A stretch of DNA of 64,000 nt, taken from NCBI GenBank assembly GCA_038042445.1, contig JBBTED010000021.1, positions 890-64,889 of the forward strand, given 5' to 3'. How positions within the stretch are numbered: position 1 is the stretch's first letter; each line of letters begins with the position of its first letter. Below the pieces are notes generated by a model that saw only the letters and a list, made by a program, of their open reading frames with translations, was not told the DNA's origin and made no database searches. The stretch comes from Candidatus Firestoneibacteriota bacterium (GTDB lineage Bacteria; Oederibacteriota; D2-FULL-39-29; JBBTED01). Position numbers and translations under genes: made by a program. Positions 51,815 to 62,239 of the stretch are shown one piece after another.

Positions 51815-52639
51815 TTAGAGAAATAGATACAAATAATAATACAAAACAGGCGCATTAAAAAGAAAACTGTCTAATTTATCAAGTATTCCACCATGTCCCG
51901 GAATCAAAGCTGAGGAATCTTTTACACCTGCATATCTTTTTATAATTGATTCAAAAAGATCACCAATTTGCCCTGTTATGCTTAAAAGTATACTGATTAT
52001 AACACAATGAAGATATGAAAACTCTATTACAGAAGTAAATGATTTAATACCCAAAATTACAATTATTGTAAGCCCAATTCCACCTATTAAACCCTCTAAT
52101 GATTTTTTAGGACTAATAGTTGGAAATAATTTATGTTTTCCAAAAGCACTACCAACAAAATAAGCAAAACTATCATAAGCCCAAGTAACTGCAAAAAGCA
52201 AAAATATTGCAGAACGCGAAGCAAAATGTTCTGCAAGAAAAATCATATATCTTCCAAGCCAGAATATATAAAACACTCCAAATAAAGTAATAAAAATACT
52301 TAACAGTGATGCATAAAAATCATTAGATTTTCTATTTACCAAGTAAAACACCTGTATACTCGCAGAAGCAATAAACAACATAGTAAGAACAAAATTAGAT
52401 GTATAAGGCAAAATAGAATTAACAATATTAAAATTAGAAATTATAAAAAAAACTCCACAGGTAATTCCAAGTGCAGACATAACCTGTATGCCAATTTTTT
52501 TGAATAGCTGATAAAACTCCAGTAATCCAAGCACAAGAAAAACAGTAATCAAAATACAATATGGCAATGAATTATTTAAGAGTACAAGGTATACAAAAAA
52601 TGGAAGGAAAATAAATGCAATTAGTATTCGCTTAATCAT
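51815..52639 (-). CDS. cdsA: Phosphatidate cytidylyltransferase
   Basis: ISPKKSLEG, GDLFES.IKR..GVKDS..IPGHGGILD. Confidence 0.95.
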   Translation of the reverse strand: MIKRILIAFIFLPFFVYLVLLNNSLPYCILITVFLVLGLLEFYQLFKKIGIQVMSALGITCGVFFIISNFNIVNSILPYTSNFVLTMLFIASASIQVFYLVNRKSNDFYASLLSIFITLFGVFYIFWLGRYMIFLAEHFASRSAIFLLFAVTWAYDSFAYFVGSAFGKHKLFPTISPKKSLEGLIGGIGLTIIVILGIKSFTSVIEFSYLHCVIISILLSITGQIGDLFESIIKRYAGVKDSSALIPGHGGILDKLDSFLFNAPVLYYYLYLFL

Positions 52640-52640
52640 T

Positions 52641-53366
52641 TCATATCCGTCCGAATCTACGTTCCCTTTGTTGATAATCAAGAATTGCTTTTATCAATTC
52701 GTCCTTATTAAAATCTGGCCAAAAAACATCAGTTACATATATTTCAGTATAAGCTATTTGCCATAACAAAAAATTACTAACTCTCATCTCGCCACTTGTT
52801 CTGATTAAAAGATCAGGATCAGCTAACAATCCATTATAAAGATGTTTTTTAAAAATCTCTTCGTCTACAGGTATCTGAATCTTTCCATTTAAAACCTCTT
52901 TTATTAATTTGTTAATTGCATCTATTATTTCTGCTCTTCCACCATAATTTAAAGCTAAATTCAAAACCAATCCTGTATTCTTAGATGTAGCATCACTTAC
53001 TTTTTTTAATGCATTTTGAGCTGTATCCGGCAATTCATCTATTCTACCTGTTGCAATCAGCCGAATATTGTTTTTGTTTAATTCCTTAAGTTCTTTTTTT
53101 AAATATTCCTCCAAAAGCATCATTAATGCACGAACTTCTGTTTTTGGTCTATTCCAATTTTCAACTGAAAAAGCATATAATGTAAGTATTTTTATTTTTA
53201 ACTCTGCACAAGCAGTCACTATTTCACGTACTGCTTTAGCCCCAGATCTATGACCTAAAATTCTTGGCAATCCCTTACTTTTCGCCCATCTACCATTGCC
53301 ATCCATTATTATTGCAATATGTTTGGGCAAATTTAATTTATCAATTAATTCTTCACTCGTTTTCAT
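52641..53366 (-). CDS. uppS: Undecaprenyl diphosphate synthase
   Basis: IIMDGNGRWA, FSVENW.RP, IRTSGE.RVSNF. Confidence 0.97.
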   Translation of the reverse strand: MKTSEELIDKLNLPKHIAIIMDGNGRWAKSKGLPRILGHRSGAKAVREIVTACAELKIKILTLYAFSVENWNRPKTEVRALMMLLEEYLKKELKELNKNNIRLIATGRIDELPDTAQNALKKVSDATSKNTGLVLNLALNYGGRAEIIDAINKLIKEVLNGKIQIPVDEEIFKKHLYNGLLADPDLLIRTSGEMRVSNFLLWQIAYTEIYVTDVFWPDFNKDELIKAILDYQQRERRFGRI

Positions 53367-53382
53367 CTGATAGTAATTAGAA

Positions 53383-53940
53383 TTATGTTGTAAGGATTTC
53401 TTTTTCTTTGTTGGCAAGAATTGTATCTACTTCTTTAATATATGCATCTGTTAATTTCTGTGCTCTATCTTTTGATTTTTTGACATCATCTTCTGAAAGT
53501 TCACTTTTATCCTTTGAGACATCTAAAGACAACATCAATTCCCTGCGTATATTACGGATTGCAATTTTTCCATCTTCAGCAATTTTTTTAGCTGCTTTTA
53601 CAAGTTCTTTACGACGCTCTTCTGTCAACATAGGAATACTAATTCGTATAATTTTCCCATCATTTGACGGATTTAAACCCAACTCAGATTTTATTATTGC
53701 TTTTTCAATTGCAGGTATTACAGATTTATCCCATGGTTTTATTTCAATTGTCCGTGATTCCGGAACATTTACATTTGCAACCTGATTTATAGGCACCTGT
53801 GAATTATAATACTCTACTTTTATATTATCCAACAATGCACTGGATGCTCTACCTGTTCTTATAGACATTAATTCTTTTCTTGTTGTCTCAATGCTTTTTT
53901 TCATTTTATCTTCTATCATTTCAAATATTTTCTGACTCAT
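53383..53940 (-). CDS. frr: Ribosome recycling factor
   Basis: IRTGRAS, LTEERRKEL, IRNIRR. Confidence 0.97.
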   Translation of the reverse strand: MSQKIFEMIEDKMKKSIETTRKELMSIRTGRASSALLDNIKVEYYNSQVPINQVANVNVPESRTIEIKPWDKSVIPAIEKAIIKSELGLNPSNDGKIIRISIPMLTEERRKELVKAAKKIAEDGKIAIRNIRRELMLSLDVSKDKSELSEDDVKKSKDRAQKLTDAYIKEVDTILANKEKEILTT

Positions 53941-53999
53941 AGAATTTACCTCCCTTTATGTAATAGACACATTATCATAAACATTTTCTAATTAAATAT

Positions 54000-54049
54000 G
54001 TAGTTGCTGATTTATCAACATAAAAAACTGCCGATAAATCGGCAACTAC
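54000..54049. repeat. GTAG-type REP doublet
   Basis: gtagttgctgatttatcaaca...tgccgataaatcggcaactac. Confidence 0.8.
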
Positions 54050-54074
54050 ATCATAACAATGACATTTGATGAAT

Positions 54075-54794
54075 TTACCTACTATCAGTTATTAATGTAC
54101 CTATTTTTTCACCGAATATAACTCGTTTGATATTGTCTTTTTTTCCGAGATTAAATACTATTATTGGAATTTTATTATCCATACATAGTGAAAAAGCCGT
54201 AGAATCCATTACCTTCAACCTCTTTTTTAATGCTGCCATATAAGTAAGCCTTGAATATTTAATTGCGTTTGAATGAATCATAGGGTCAACATTATAAACA
54301 CCATCAACTTTTGTTGCTTTAAGTATTACTTCAGCTCCTATTTCTATTGCTCTGAGTACTGCAGCAGTATCAGTAGTAAAATATGGATTGCCTGTTCCTG
54401 CAGCGAATATAACTACTCTGCCTTTTTCCAAATGTCTCATTGCTCTTCGCCTTATATAGGGTTCAGCTAATTTCTGTATTTCAATTGCAGTTTGAACTCG
54501 TGTCCAAACACCTTTTTTCTCAAGAGCATCCTGAAGTGCAAGTGAATTTATAACTGTAGCAAGCATTCCTACATAATCAGCAGATACTCTATCCATTGAT
54601 TTTGCAGCTGCTCCTCTAAAAATATTTCCACCACCTATAACTATACCCATTTCTATTCCAGCTTGTTTTATTTCTTTAATTTGTAATGCTATAGAATTTA
54701 TAACTGAAAAATCTACTCCATAGCCACCTTTTCCAGATAATGACTCACCACCCAGCTTCAAAAGAACTCTTTTATATTTCGGTTTATTCTGCAT
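54075..54794 (-). CDS. pyrH: UMP kinase
   Basis: [23 protein letters not shown]. Confidence 0.98.
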   Translation of the reverse strand: MQNKPKYKRVLLKLGGESLSGKGGYGVDFSVINSIALQIKEIKQAGIEMGIVIGGGNIFRGAAAKSMDRVSADYVGMLATVINSLALQDALEKKGVWTRVQTAIEIQKLAEPYIRRRAMRHLEKGRVVIFAAGTGNPYFTTDTAAVLRAIEIGAEVILKATKVDGVYNVDPMIHSNAIKYSRLTYMAALKKRLKVMDSTAFSLCMDNKIPIIVFNLGKKDNIKRVIFGEKIGTLITDSR

Positions 54795-54795
54795 T

Positions 54796-55617
54796 TTATA
54801 TTAAAGATTGCAATAATTTTATAGCTTTTTTAATATCTTCAGTCTGTTGTTCACCTGAAATTTCTCTTTCAATAGTTAATGCTCCATTGTACCCTAATTT
54901 AATCAATTTAGATATAAATACAGGAAAATTAGCTTTCCCTTCCCCAAGTGGTTTTTCAAGCCCAAGTTCTCTTCCTGTTGTAGGATATTCTCCATCTTTT
55001 GCATGCACACCTCGGACATATTTGCCAAAAACATCAAGTGAATCAACAGGATTTGCTTTACCATATAAAATTAAATTTGCAGGGTCAAGATTTATTCCTA
55101 AATTTTCTTCACCTATATCTTCAATTGTGCGAAGTAATGTAATTGGAGTTTCCTGACCTGTTTCAAAACAGAAATCTTGACCATTCATCTTGCAATATCT
55201 TGTAAGATTTATAAGTATAGGTATAAGTTCCATATAAACAGAATCATTTGGATTTTCCGGAATAAACCCTATATGTGTAGTAATACTATTAACACCAAGA
55301 GCTTTTGCAAAATCTGAACCTTTCTTAAGAACTTCAAGACGCCTATCACGAAATGCCAAAGGCACAAGCCCCAATGTAGCAGGTCCATAAATGAAATTCC
55401 ATACAGCAGGACCTGGCCAACCCACCCATATTGTAGTTATCTCAATACCATTATCTTCTGCTATTTTTTTTAACTTTTTTGCATAATTTGTATTTAAAAA
55501 ATTTTCATCCCAGCAAGAAATCTGACAAGTAGGCAAATTAAATTCTCTTACCCTTTTTATGGATTTTTCAGGATTATCAGTAGCTTTAACAATAACACCT
55601 AATTTAAGTTTAGCCAT
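54796..55617 (-). CDS. Sugar phosphate isomerase/epimerase (AP-endonuclease-2 barrel)
   Basis: FETGQE, NLDPANL, VHAKDG, LTIERE. Confidence 0.88.
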   Translation of the reverse strand: MAKLKLGVIVKATDNPEKSIKRVREFNLPTCQISCWDENFLNTNYAKKLKKIAEDNGIEITTIWVGWPGPAVWNFIYGPATLGLVPLAFRDRRLEVLKKGSDFAKALGVNSITTHIGFIPENPNDSVYMELIPILINLTRYCKMNGQDFCFETGQETPITLLRTIEDIGEENLGINLDPANLILYGKANPVDSLDVFGKYVRGVHAKDGEYPTTGRELGLEKPLGEGKANFPVFISKLIKLGYNGALTIEREISGEQQTEDIKKAIKLLQSLI

Positions 55618-55681
55618 AATATTAATACAAATATATCAAAATCCTATTTATAATACAAGATTTTTTTAAAATTCTGCACCC

Positions 55682-58081
55682 TTACGGAGCATTTTGAATT
55701 CTTTTTCGTGCTAATTCTATATTTGATTTTATATTGGAATAGTTAGCATCAAGTTTCATAACAATTTCCCATTGCTTTATTGCATTTGCATAATCACCTT
55801 TTTTGAAATAATATACACCAAGATTGTGATATGCACTTGTATGTTGAGGATTTATCAAAATAGTTTCTTTATATTCTTCAGCAGCCAAATCAGGCATACC
55901 ATTTGATTCATAAGCAACACCTAAATTGCAATGCGCATCAGCATAAGCTGGAAATAATTCAAGCGAACGTTTATACGAATCTATTGCCCTACTTATATTA
56001 CCCTGTCTAAAATAAGCTATCCCTAAGTTAGCATACGCTTCAGCATATTGTGTATCAACTGAAATTGCATGCATATATAATTCAATTGCTTTGTTAAAAA
56101 CTCCTTTTGCAAGATAAACATTGGCTAAATTATTAGCCGCACGTGAATGATTTGTATCTATGTCTAATGCTTTAATATACGATGACATTGCCTCATCATA
56201 CATTCCCTTTTTGAAATATGCCAAACCAAGATTATTGTATGCATCAGCATTTTTGGAATTAACTTTTATTGCTTTTAAAGCTTCTTCCATTGCGTCATCT
56301 GCCAAGCCACGCTCTGTATATATTACGCTTAAATTATTTTTCACCCAGTCAATATCAAACCCTATTTCACTTGTGATACTATATTCAATTTTTGCTTTTC
56401 CTATATCTTTTTTTCTACTGTAGTACTCTCCCAGAAAAAAATGATATTGTGCTAAAAGATCGCGTGTCAAATAATCACTATAAATATTTCTGTCATAAAG
56501 TCTGCGAAGATTATATTTAATCCACGGATCATCCAGAACCATCTTTTCTTTGGATCTTACAACTCTATACAAAATTCCCTGAGGTATAGAATTTATACCT
56601 GTTGCATTCGCAAGACTACTACCTAAAACATGATAAACCGGTGTAGAAGAACTTTCTATGATTGCCTTTTGTATTTCAATACGTCTTATATCTCTCTCTT
56701 TTTTGGAAATTTTAAGAAAATCATCGCCATATATATTTTTAAATATACATCCGAGATCATCATAAATTGTAGTATCTTTTCGTGGGTTTTCAACACCATT
56801 TACATACGCCAGTGGAAACATCAAATCATCGCCAATAACAAAAAGCACTGAGTTTTTTTCAAGTGTATTAAGTATATTTTTTGCACAATCATATGCAAAA
56901 AAATTCTGGCTTCTGTCACAAACAAAGTAATTGGATTTAAGCGGAATTATTGGCATAAGCACACAAAATACTCCTGTTAAAGTAAAAACCCATTCATATT
57001 TAAACGTTTTCCTTACAAACTCCATAATAAACTTAATGCCAAATCCAATACATATTGCAGCAATCATATAAGAAGGAATATAAAAAACATCTGCTGATTC
57101 TAAATTCATAGGATTTATATCAAAATTAGTTAAAAATATAACGCCTACACTTGTAAAAATAAATATAAAAAATTTAAAAATAGCTGTAATTTTGTCTGAT
57201 TTCAAAAATTCAAATATGCCTAATATGAATATCGGAATAACATACGGTGTCCATTGAGAACTCAAAGATTTCAAATAAGTTATTACTTGGTTCATAAACA
57301 ATTGAATAGAACGCGGATCTTTTGAAAGTTTTCCGTATTGTCTCCTGAATATATGATCTAAAGTATTTGCTAGATTTTCTGGATTCCCCCAATCAAGTAT
57401 AGGATTAACTAAAGAACGTAGTGGCAAATAAAAATATATTACAATCCCAAGAATAGTAAGACCAAAAACAATAATCCAGAAATTAAGTGTCATTTTTTGT
57501 TGATTTCGTTTTAGAATAAATAGGACATAGCCCCAAAATACTGGGCCAAGCAGTAAAATTGTGTGATGATTTGATAAAGCTAAAGCATAAACAAAAGTAA
57601 ATAAATATAATATAATTTTTGATTGAATATAATTTCTGTTCCACAAAATCAATATATATATAAGTAAAATTATAAAAAATGAATTCAAAGCATAAACCTC
57701 AGCCTCAACAGTCTGCGTCCAAAATGTTTTTGAAAATGCAAAAAAACAGCTGGAAATTACAGCTACAGTTAAATTTATATAAGAAACATTATCCTTCAGT
57801 AGTACCAATATTGTCCAAAACATAACCAGTGCCGTGAGTGCACTAAAAAATACAGACATAAGATTTACTCTAAATGCAACATCACCAAAAGGAAATATTA
57901 GTGTAAATATTTTACCTAAAATACAAAAAATAGGATAACCTGGTGGATGAGCAATACCCAAACTATAAGATGCAAGAATCAATTCTCCACTGTCACCAAC
58001 ATAAACAGTAGAACAAAGTGTTCTAAGATATACAAAAAAACATAATAAAAATATACTTATACCAATTGACTTGTATTTCAT
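55682..58081 (-). CDS. DUF2723 (TMEM260-like GT-C) membrane protein with TPR tail
   Basis: GDSGEL..LGIAHPPGYP, AEVY, NHH, DWGNP; multiple TPRs. Confidence 0.85.
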   Translation of the reverse strand: MKYKSIGISIFLLCFFVYLRTLCSTVYVGDSGELILASYSLGIAHPPGYPIFCILGKIFTLIFPFGDVAFRVNLMSVFFSALTALVMFWTILVLLKDNVSYINLTVAVISSCFFAFSKTFWTQTVEAEVYALNSFFIILLIYILILWNRNYIQSKIILYLFTFVYALALSNHHTILLLGPVFWGYVLFILKRNQQKMTLNFWIIVFGLTILGIVIYFYLPLRSLVNPILDWGNPENLANTLDHIFRRQYGKLSKDPRSIQLFMNQVITYLKSLSSQWTPYVIPIFILGIFEFLKSDKITAIFKFFIFIFTSVGVIFLTNFDINPMNLESADVFYIPSYMIAAICIGFGIKFIMEFVRKTFKYEWVFTLTGVFCVLMPIIPLKSNYFVCDRSQNFFAYDCAKNILNTLEKNSVLFVIGDDLMFPLAYVNGVENPRKDTTIYDDLGCIFKNIYGDDFLKISKKERDIRRIEIQKAIIESSSTPVYHVLGSSLANATGINSIPQGILYRVVRSKEKMVLDDPWIKYNLRRLYDRNIYSDYLTRDLLAQYHFFLGEYYSRKKDIGKAKIEYSITSEIGFDIDWVKNNLSVIYTERGLADDAMEEALKAIKVNSKNADAYNNLGLAYFKKGMYDEAMSSYIKALDIDTNHSRAANNLANVYLAKGVFNKAIELYMHAISVDTQYAEAYANLGIAYFRQGNISRAIDSYKRSLELFPAYADAHCNLGVAYESNGMPDLAAEEYKETILINPQHTSAYHNLGVYYFKKGDYANAIKQWEIVMKLDANYSNIKSNIELARKRIQNAP

Positions 58082-59955
58082 TTAATATTGGCCTGTTGTG
58101 CAACAAATCTGGAATATGTTATGTTCAGATTCGTCCTTGCAATAAAATATTCAGGATTCAATCTAATTGCAATATTAAACTCCTCCATTCCCGGCTCTAA
58201 CATACCTTTTGTTGCATAAGATATACCTATATTATTATGAATTTGCGGAACATCATACGCTATTGCACTTGCAGTTTTATAACATTCAATTGTTTCAGGA
58301 ATATTTCCTTTAAGAAAAAAAGCTTCAGCCATTGACATATAATACTGTGCTACAACTTCTCTTGTCATATAATCTGTTTTAAGTGCAGCATAATTAATAC
58401 CAGTTGTATTGTAAATTTCCCAATAATCAATATTAGCAGGTTGTTCTTTTTGCCTTAACACCTGAAAAATAAGTCCAGTAGGATGAGAAATTATTTCAGG
58501 AAAATTTCGTATATTACTACCTAATGCATGATAAACAGAAGTTGTACTTTCATTTATAATTTTTCTTTCAACACTATTTTTCCTAATTTCAATATTTTCT
58601 CTGGAAAGCATTTTAAAATCGTCCCCAAAAATATTTTCAAAAACACAACCTGTTTCATCATACACCGAAACATCTTGCCGTATTTTTTCTACAACTTTTA
58701 AATATGTCATTGCAAATTTCTGATTATCACTTGATACAAAAATTTTGCCTTTTTCTGAAATTGTCTTGAATATATTAGCACCATAATTATGGGCTATGTA
58801 ATTTTTTGACAAATCATTTTCCGAATAATTTGAGTATAAAGGCAAAATTGGTATCAAAGCAAAGATTACAACAAGTTTATTTTTTGTTATATTAGACAAA
58901 CATTGTAACCCAAGTGCTATAAACATTGCAATAATCATATAAGAGGGAATAAAAAATACCTGAACTAAATATAACTCCTGAGTAATAGGCAAAAAATTTA
59001 AGAGCCATACAAATCCAAAACTCATCATCACAAAAATTGCAACATAAAGAAAAATATCCGATTTATTCAACTTGTTTCTTTTACTTGCATAAATTAAATA
59101 GAATATTCCTATGACTAATAAAATAAGCACAAAAGGCGTCCATTCATCCCATAAAAATTTTAAATATGCCAATATTTGCGAAACAAAAAGTTCAAATGTA
59201 TGAGGTCTGGGACTAAGTTGTCCATATTGTTTTCTAAATATATGCATCAATAATTTATTCACAGTATTTGGAGTATTCCAATTAATAAGTGGACTTGCTA
59301 AAGAACGTATTAGTATATAAAAATACGTAGATATACCTATCATTGTCAAACTGAATAAATTTACAATAGTCTTAATAGTAAATAAACTTTTACTTTTATT
59401 CACTAAAATATAAATTATATATACCGGTGCAAGTAAAAACATAGTATGATGATTTCCAACTCCAAGCCCATAAAATAACCCAAAAAGATAAATGTATCTC
59501 TTGCCAAATTTATCATCTGCATAAGTTCGCCAGCTAAGCAGAAAAAAAATTGTAATAGCAACAAAGAATAAATTCAGTGCATAGACTTCTGCCTCAACTG
59601 ATTGTGACCAAAGTGTTCTGGAAAAAGCAAATAAAATCACAGAAATAAATGCCAAAATACTATCAATATGTATGAATCGGACAATTATATAATAGAGTAT
59701 AAAGATACTTGCGGATGCAGAAAAAACTGAAACTAAATTCACTCTAAATGCAATATTGCCATAAGGAAAAATAATAGTCGCAATTTTACCAAGAATACAA
59801 TAAACTGGATAACCAGGCGGGTGACATATTCCAAGTGTATATGCAGCAGTAATTAGTTCACCACTATCTCCTACATATACACTTGGACATAAAGTATGCA
59901 GGTATGTATAAAACGATGTTAAAAATACAATAATTCCAATACTAAAGTTTTGCAC
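58078..59955 (-). CDS. DUF2723 (TMEM260-like GT-C) membrane protein, paralog
   Basis: GDSGEL..LGICHPPGYP, AEVY, GNHH; short TPR tail. Confidence 0.85.
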   Translation of the reverse strand: MQNFSIGIIVFLTSFYTYLHTLCPSVYVGDSGELITAAYTLGICHPPGYPVYCILGKIATIIFPYGNIAFRVNLVSVFSASASIFILYYIIVRFIHIDSILAFISVILFAFSRTLWSQSVEAEVYALNLFFVAITIFFLLSWRTYADDKFGKRYIYLFGLFYGLGVGNHHTMFLLAPVYIIYILVNKSKSLFTIKTIVNLFSLTMIGISTYFYILIRSLASPLINWNTPNTVNKLLMHIFRKQYGQLSPRPHTFELFVSQILAYLKFLWDEWTPFVLILLVIGIFYLIYASKRNKLNKSDIFLYVAIFVMMSFGFVWLLNFLPITQELYLVQVFFIPSYMIIAMFIALGLQCLSNITKNKLVVIFALIPILPLYSNYSENDLSKNYIAHNYGANIFKTISEKGKIFVSSDNQKFAMTYLKVVEKIRQDVSVYDETGCVFENIFGDDFKMLSRENIEIRKNSVERKIINESTTSVYHALGSNIRNFPEIISHPTGLIFQVLRQKEQPANIDYWEIYNTTGINYAALKTDYMTREVVAQYYMSMAEAFFLKGNIPETIECYKTASAIAYDVPQIHNNIGISYATKGMLEPGMEEFNIAIRLNPEYFIARTNLNITYSRFVAQQANIK

Positions 59956-60310
59956 CTAAATGAGTTAAAGCCTGAATTTTATCGTCAAATACTTTAAAGA
60001 TATTTATTAAACCTAAATACGTGAAAATTTTATTAAGTTTTGGAGAAAGATTCAATATAATCATATTCCCGGTCTTTAACATTAATACATCTAATATGGC
60101 AACTAATACTCCAAAACCAGCACTACTCATATATTCAAGCTCTTTGAAATCAACAATTACATTATAACATCCTTGCTCAATAATTGTGTTCAAACTTTTT
60201 TCCGCAATAGATGCAGTATATGCATCTATTGTCCCAATCATTTTTACAAGGCATATTTTCCCATTATCACCATCAAAAAACTCAAGTTCTATTTTAAGTT
60301 CAGTATCCAT
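59942..60310 (-). CDS. STAS-domain anti-sigma-factor antagonist
   Basis: GTIDAYTA, LEYMSSAG. Confidence 0.88.
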   Translation of the reverse strand: MDTELKIELEFFDGDNGKICLVKMIGTIDAYTASIAEKSLNTIIEQGCYNVIVDFKELEYMSSAGFGVLVAILDVLMLKTGNMIILNLSPKLNKIFTYLGLINIFKVFDDKIQALTHLGAKL

Positions 60311-60325
60311 TCTATTATTATATTA

Positions 60326-60402
60326 TGGTGGGCGCGACAGGAATCGAACCTGTGACCTCTTGCATGTCAAGCAAGCACTCTAACCATCTGAGCTACGCGC
60401 CC
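60326..60402 (-). tRNA. tRNA-Val(GAC)
   Basis: GGGCGCG acceptor, cttgc-ttGACat-gcaag, TTCGATT, encoded CCA. Confidence 0.97.
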
Positions 60403-60403
60403 T

Positions 60404-62125
60404 TTACTTTATTATGGCAAGTCTACCTGTTTTTATTTCTTTATGACCTTCTATTTCAGCTTCAATCAAATAAATATACACACCACTTGCTACATCATTT
60501 CCAAAATCATTCTTTAAGTTCCACGAGTAATCATAAATCCAACTATAATCTGTTGAATTGTTACTACTAAAATTATTCCGGCTAATTAACTGAGTAAGAA
60601 CTAAATCCCCGGATACTGTATAAATTTTTAACTGCCCTGATGTAAAAGGTCTGGTAAAAACCATTCGTATCGTTGAAGAACTTGCTCCTCTATTTGGATT
60701 TGGAAAAGCAAATATATTCCTTGTTTCCAAATATGTTGTTGATTTAAAATTAGTAAGTATCATAGACATAGAATCTGCTCCTGCACCTGAAAAATTGGAA
60801 ATTGTTATAAATGTTGGACCCAAATTATATGAATCACTTTGTGGAGTAGTAAAAACATCGGAGGATTTAGCAAAAACATCTGTTGCGTCACCTTTTGAAG
60901 ACCTCATATTATAGTTTTTATCTGCCTCTTCAACACGTATTGACAAATGTTTTGCGTCATCAACATTTATTACATTTAAATTTAATCTTGTATCAGTCCC
61001 GCTACCAGATATTGTTACTGTTTCATTCATTATATCCTCATCAATATGCCATACAAGCAATCCTTCACCTAGTATTGCCAAATCAGAGATTTGTGGAACC
61101 GAATTTTTTTTACGATATTCAATAAGGAAATACTCCTTAGTCGTTCCTGAAATATTTATTTTATAACAACTGCCTGTTTGATTGTTTTCCACGTTTTTCA
61201 AAGAAATATCTGTCGCAGTTGTTAAAGTCGGCACTATCCAACCAAGATATTTTTTGCACCATGCAGATAACTGAGATGGTTTTCTACCACTATCTATCCA
61301 TGTTCCATAATCCATAAGACACCATTTACCCACTCTGGTCTGATCAGAAGCATTGGTTGTATCATATAAATCAGGTAAACCCAACTGATGCCCAAATTCA
61401 TGACAGGTTACTCCAAGTGCATCTGCATTCTTTTCACGCACAGGAGCAATTGTCCCTTCTGTAAAACCATTTGTTGTTGGATATGACCTGCTGAAAGTTT
61501 GAAATGCTGACCAGCAATCACCAGTATATCCTGTGGATTCTTCTCCATATCCTGCATGTAAAACCATAACTGCATCATAATTCACAGTATTTACAGGAAT
61601 AGTAACCTGAGTAGTATTTGCAAAAGTAATAGCATCACCAACTAATAGCTGAACATCATCAGAAGAACCATAATATTCCATTTGAGCAGTCAAGGTGTAT
61701 ATTTTATTCGTAGAAATAGCTGAAGACAACTGTGTTCTTGTTCCATCAGCTAAAATAAAATATGGTTCAACAACTAAAGCACCATAAGAATTCTCCTTAT
61801 AATATTGAACAAGCCCTGATATAAGTGAACCAGCAGTTGTTATATCGTCACTTGTAATAGTATTACCACCACTTGTACTAGAACCAGCTGTTGCAAAATT
61901 AACAAGTATAACTGCTAATTTTTTTGTTCCAGAAGTTCCAAGTGCTTTTGCAATTTGTTTTTGCGTTAATCCTTGTGCACGAAGCACTCGGACATCAGGT
62001 AATTTATGAACACCATCTTTAGGATATTTTTTACCAGCAATAGGATAAAGAGGAGGCGCACAAAATGCGTATGTATATGCAAAAAATAAGCAAAAAATAA
62101 TTATTGTTTGTATTTTTATTTTCAT
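60404..62125 (-). CDS. M6 (immune inhibitor A-like) metalloprotease with C-terminal FlgD/T9SS-like domain
   Basis: Signal peptide, HEFGHQLGLPDLY, EYFLIEYR, WHID; FPNP...WNLKN..G..VASGVYIY. Confidence 0.88.
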   Translation of the reverse strand: MKIKIQTIIIFCLFFAYTYAFCAPPLYPIAGKKYPKDGVHKLPDVRVLRAQGLTQKQIAKALGTSGTKKLAVILVNFATAGSSTSGGNTITSDDITTAGSLISGLVQYYKENSYGALVVEPYFILADGTRTQLSSAISTNKIYTLTAQMEYYGSSDDVQLLVGDAITFANTTQVTIPVNTVNYDAVMVLHAGYGEESTGYTGDCWSAFQTFSRSYPTTNGFTEGTIAPVREKNADALGVTCHEFGHQLGLPDLYDTTNASDQTRVGKWCLMDYGTWIDSGRKPSQLSAWCKKYLGWIVPTLTTATDISLKNVENNQTGSCYKINISGTTKEYFLIEYRKKNSVPQISDLAILGEGLLVWHIDEDIMNETVTISGSGTDTRLNLNVINVDDAKHLSIRVEEADKNYNMRSSKGDATDVFAKSSDVFTTPQSDSYNLGPTFITISNFSGAGADSMSMILTNFKSTTYLETRNIFAFPNPNRGASSSTIRMVFTRPFTSGQLKIYTVSGDLVLTQLISRNNFSSNNSTDYSWIYDYSWNLKNDFGNDVASGVYIYLIEAEIEGHKEIKTGRLAIIK

Positions 62126-62130
62126 AAATG

Positions 62131-62217
62131 GTAGTCGCAGGCTTTAGCCTGCGGTTAAAGAACGCTCACATAGGTAAACAACTACAGAAAAAACCGCAGG
62201 CTAAAGCCTGCGGCTAC
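62131..62217. repeat. GTAG-type REP doublet
   Basis: gtagtcgcaggctttagcctgcg...cgcaggctaaagcctgcggctac. Confidence 0.85.
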
Positions 62218-62239
62218 CTTTGGATTCCTATTTCATAAT

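Noticed and set aside
60173-60570. ORFs containing WWARQESNL, GRDRNRTCDL and MVGATGIEPVT
   Set aside because: Typical antisense translations of tRNA-Val
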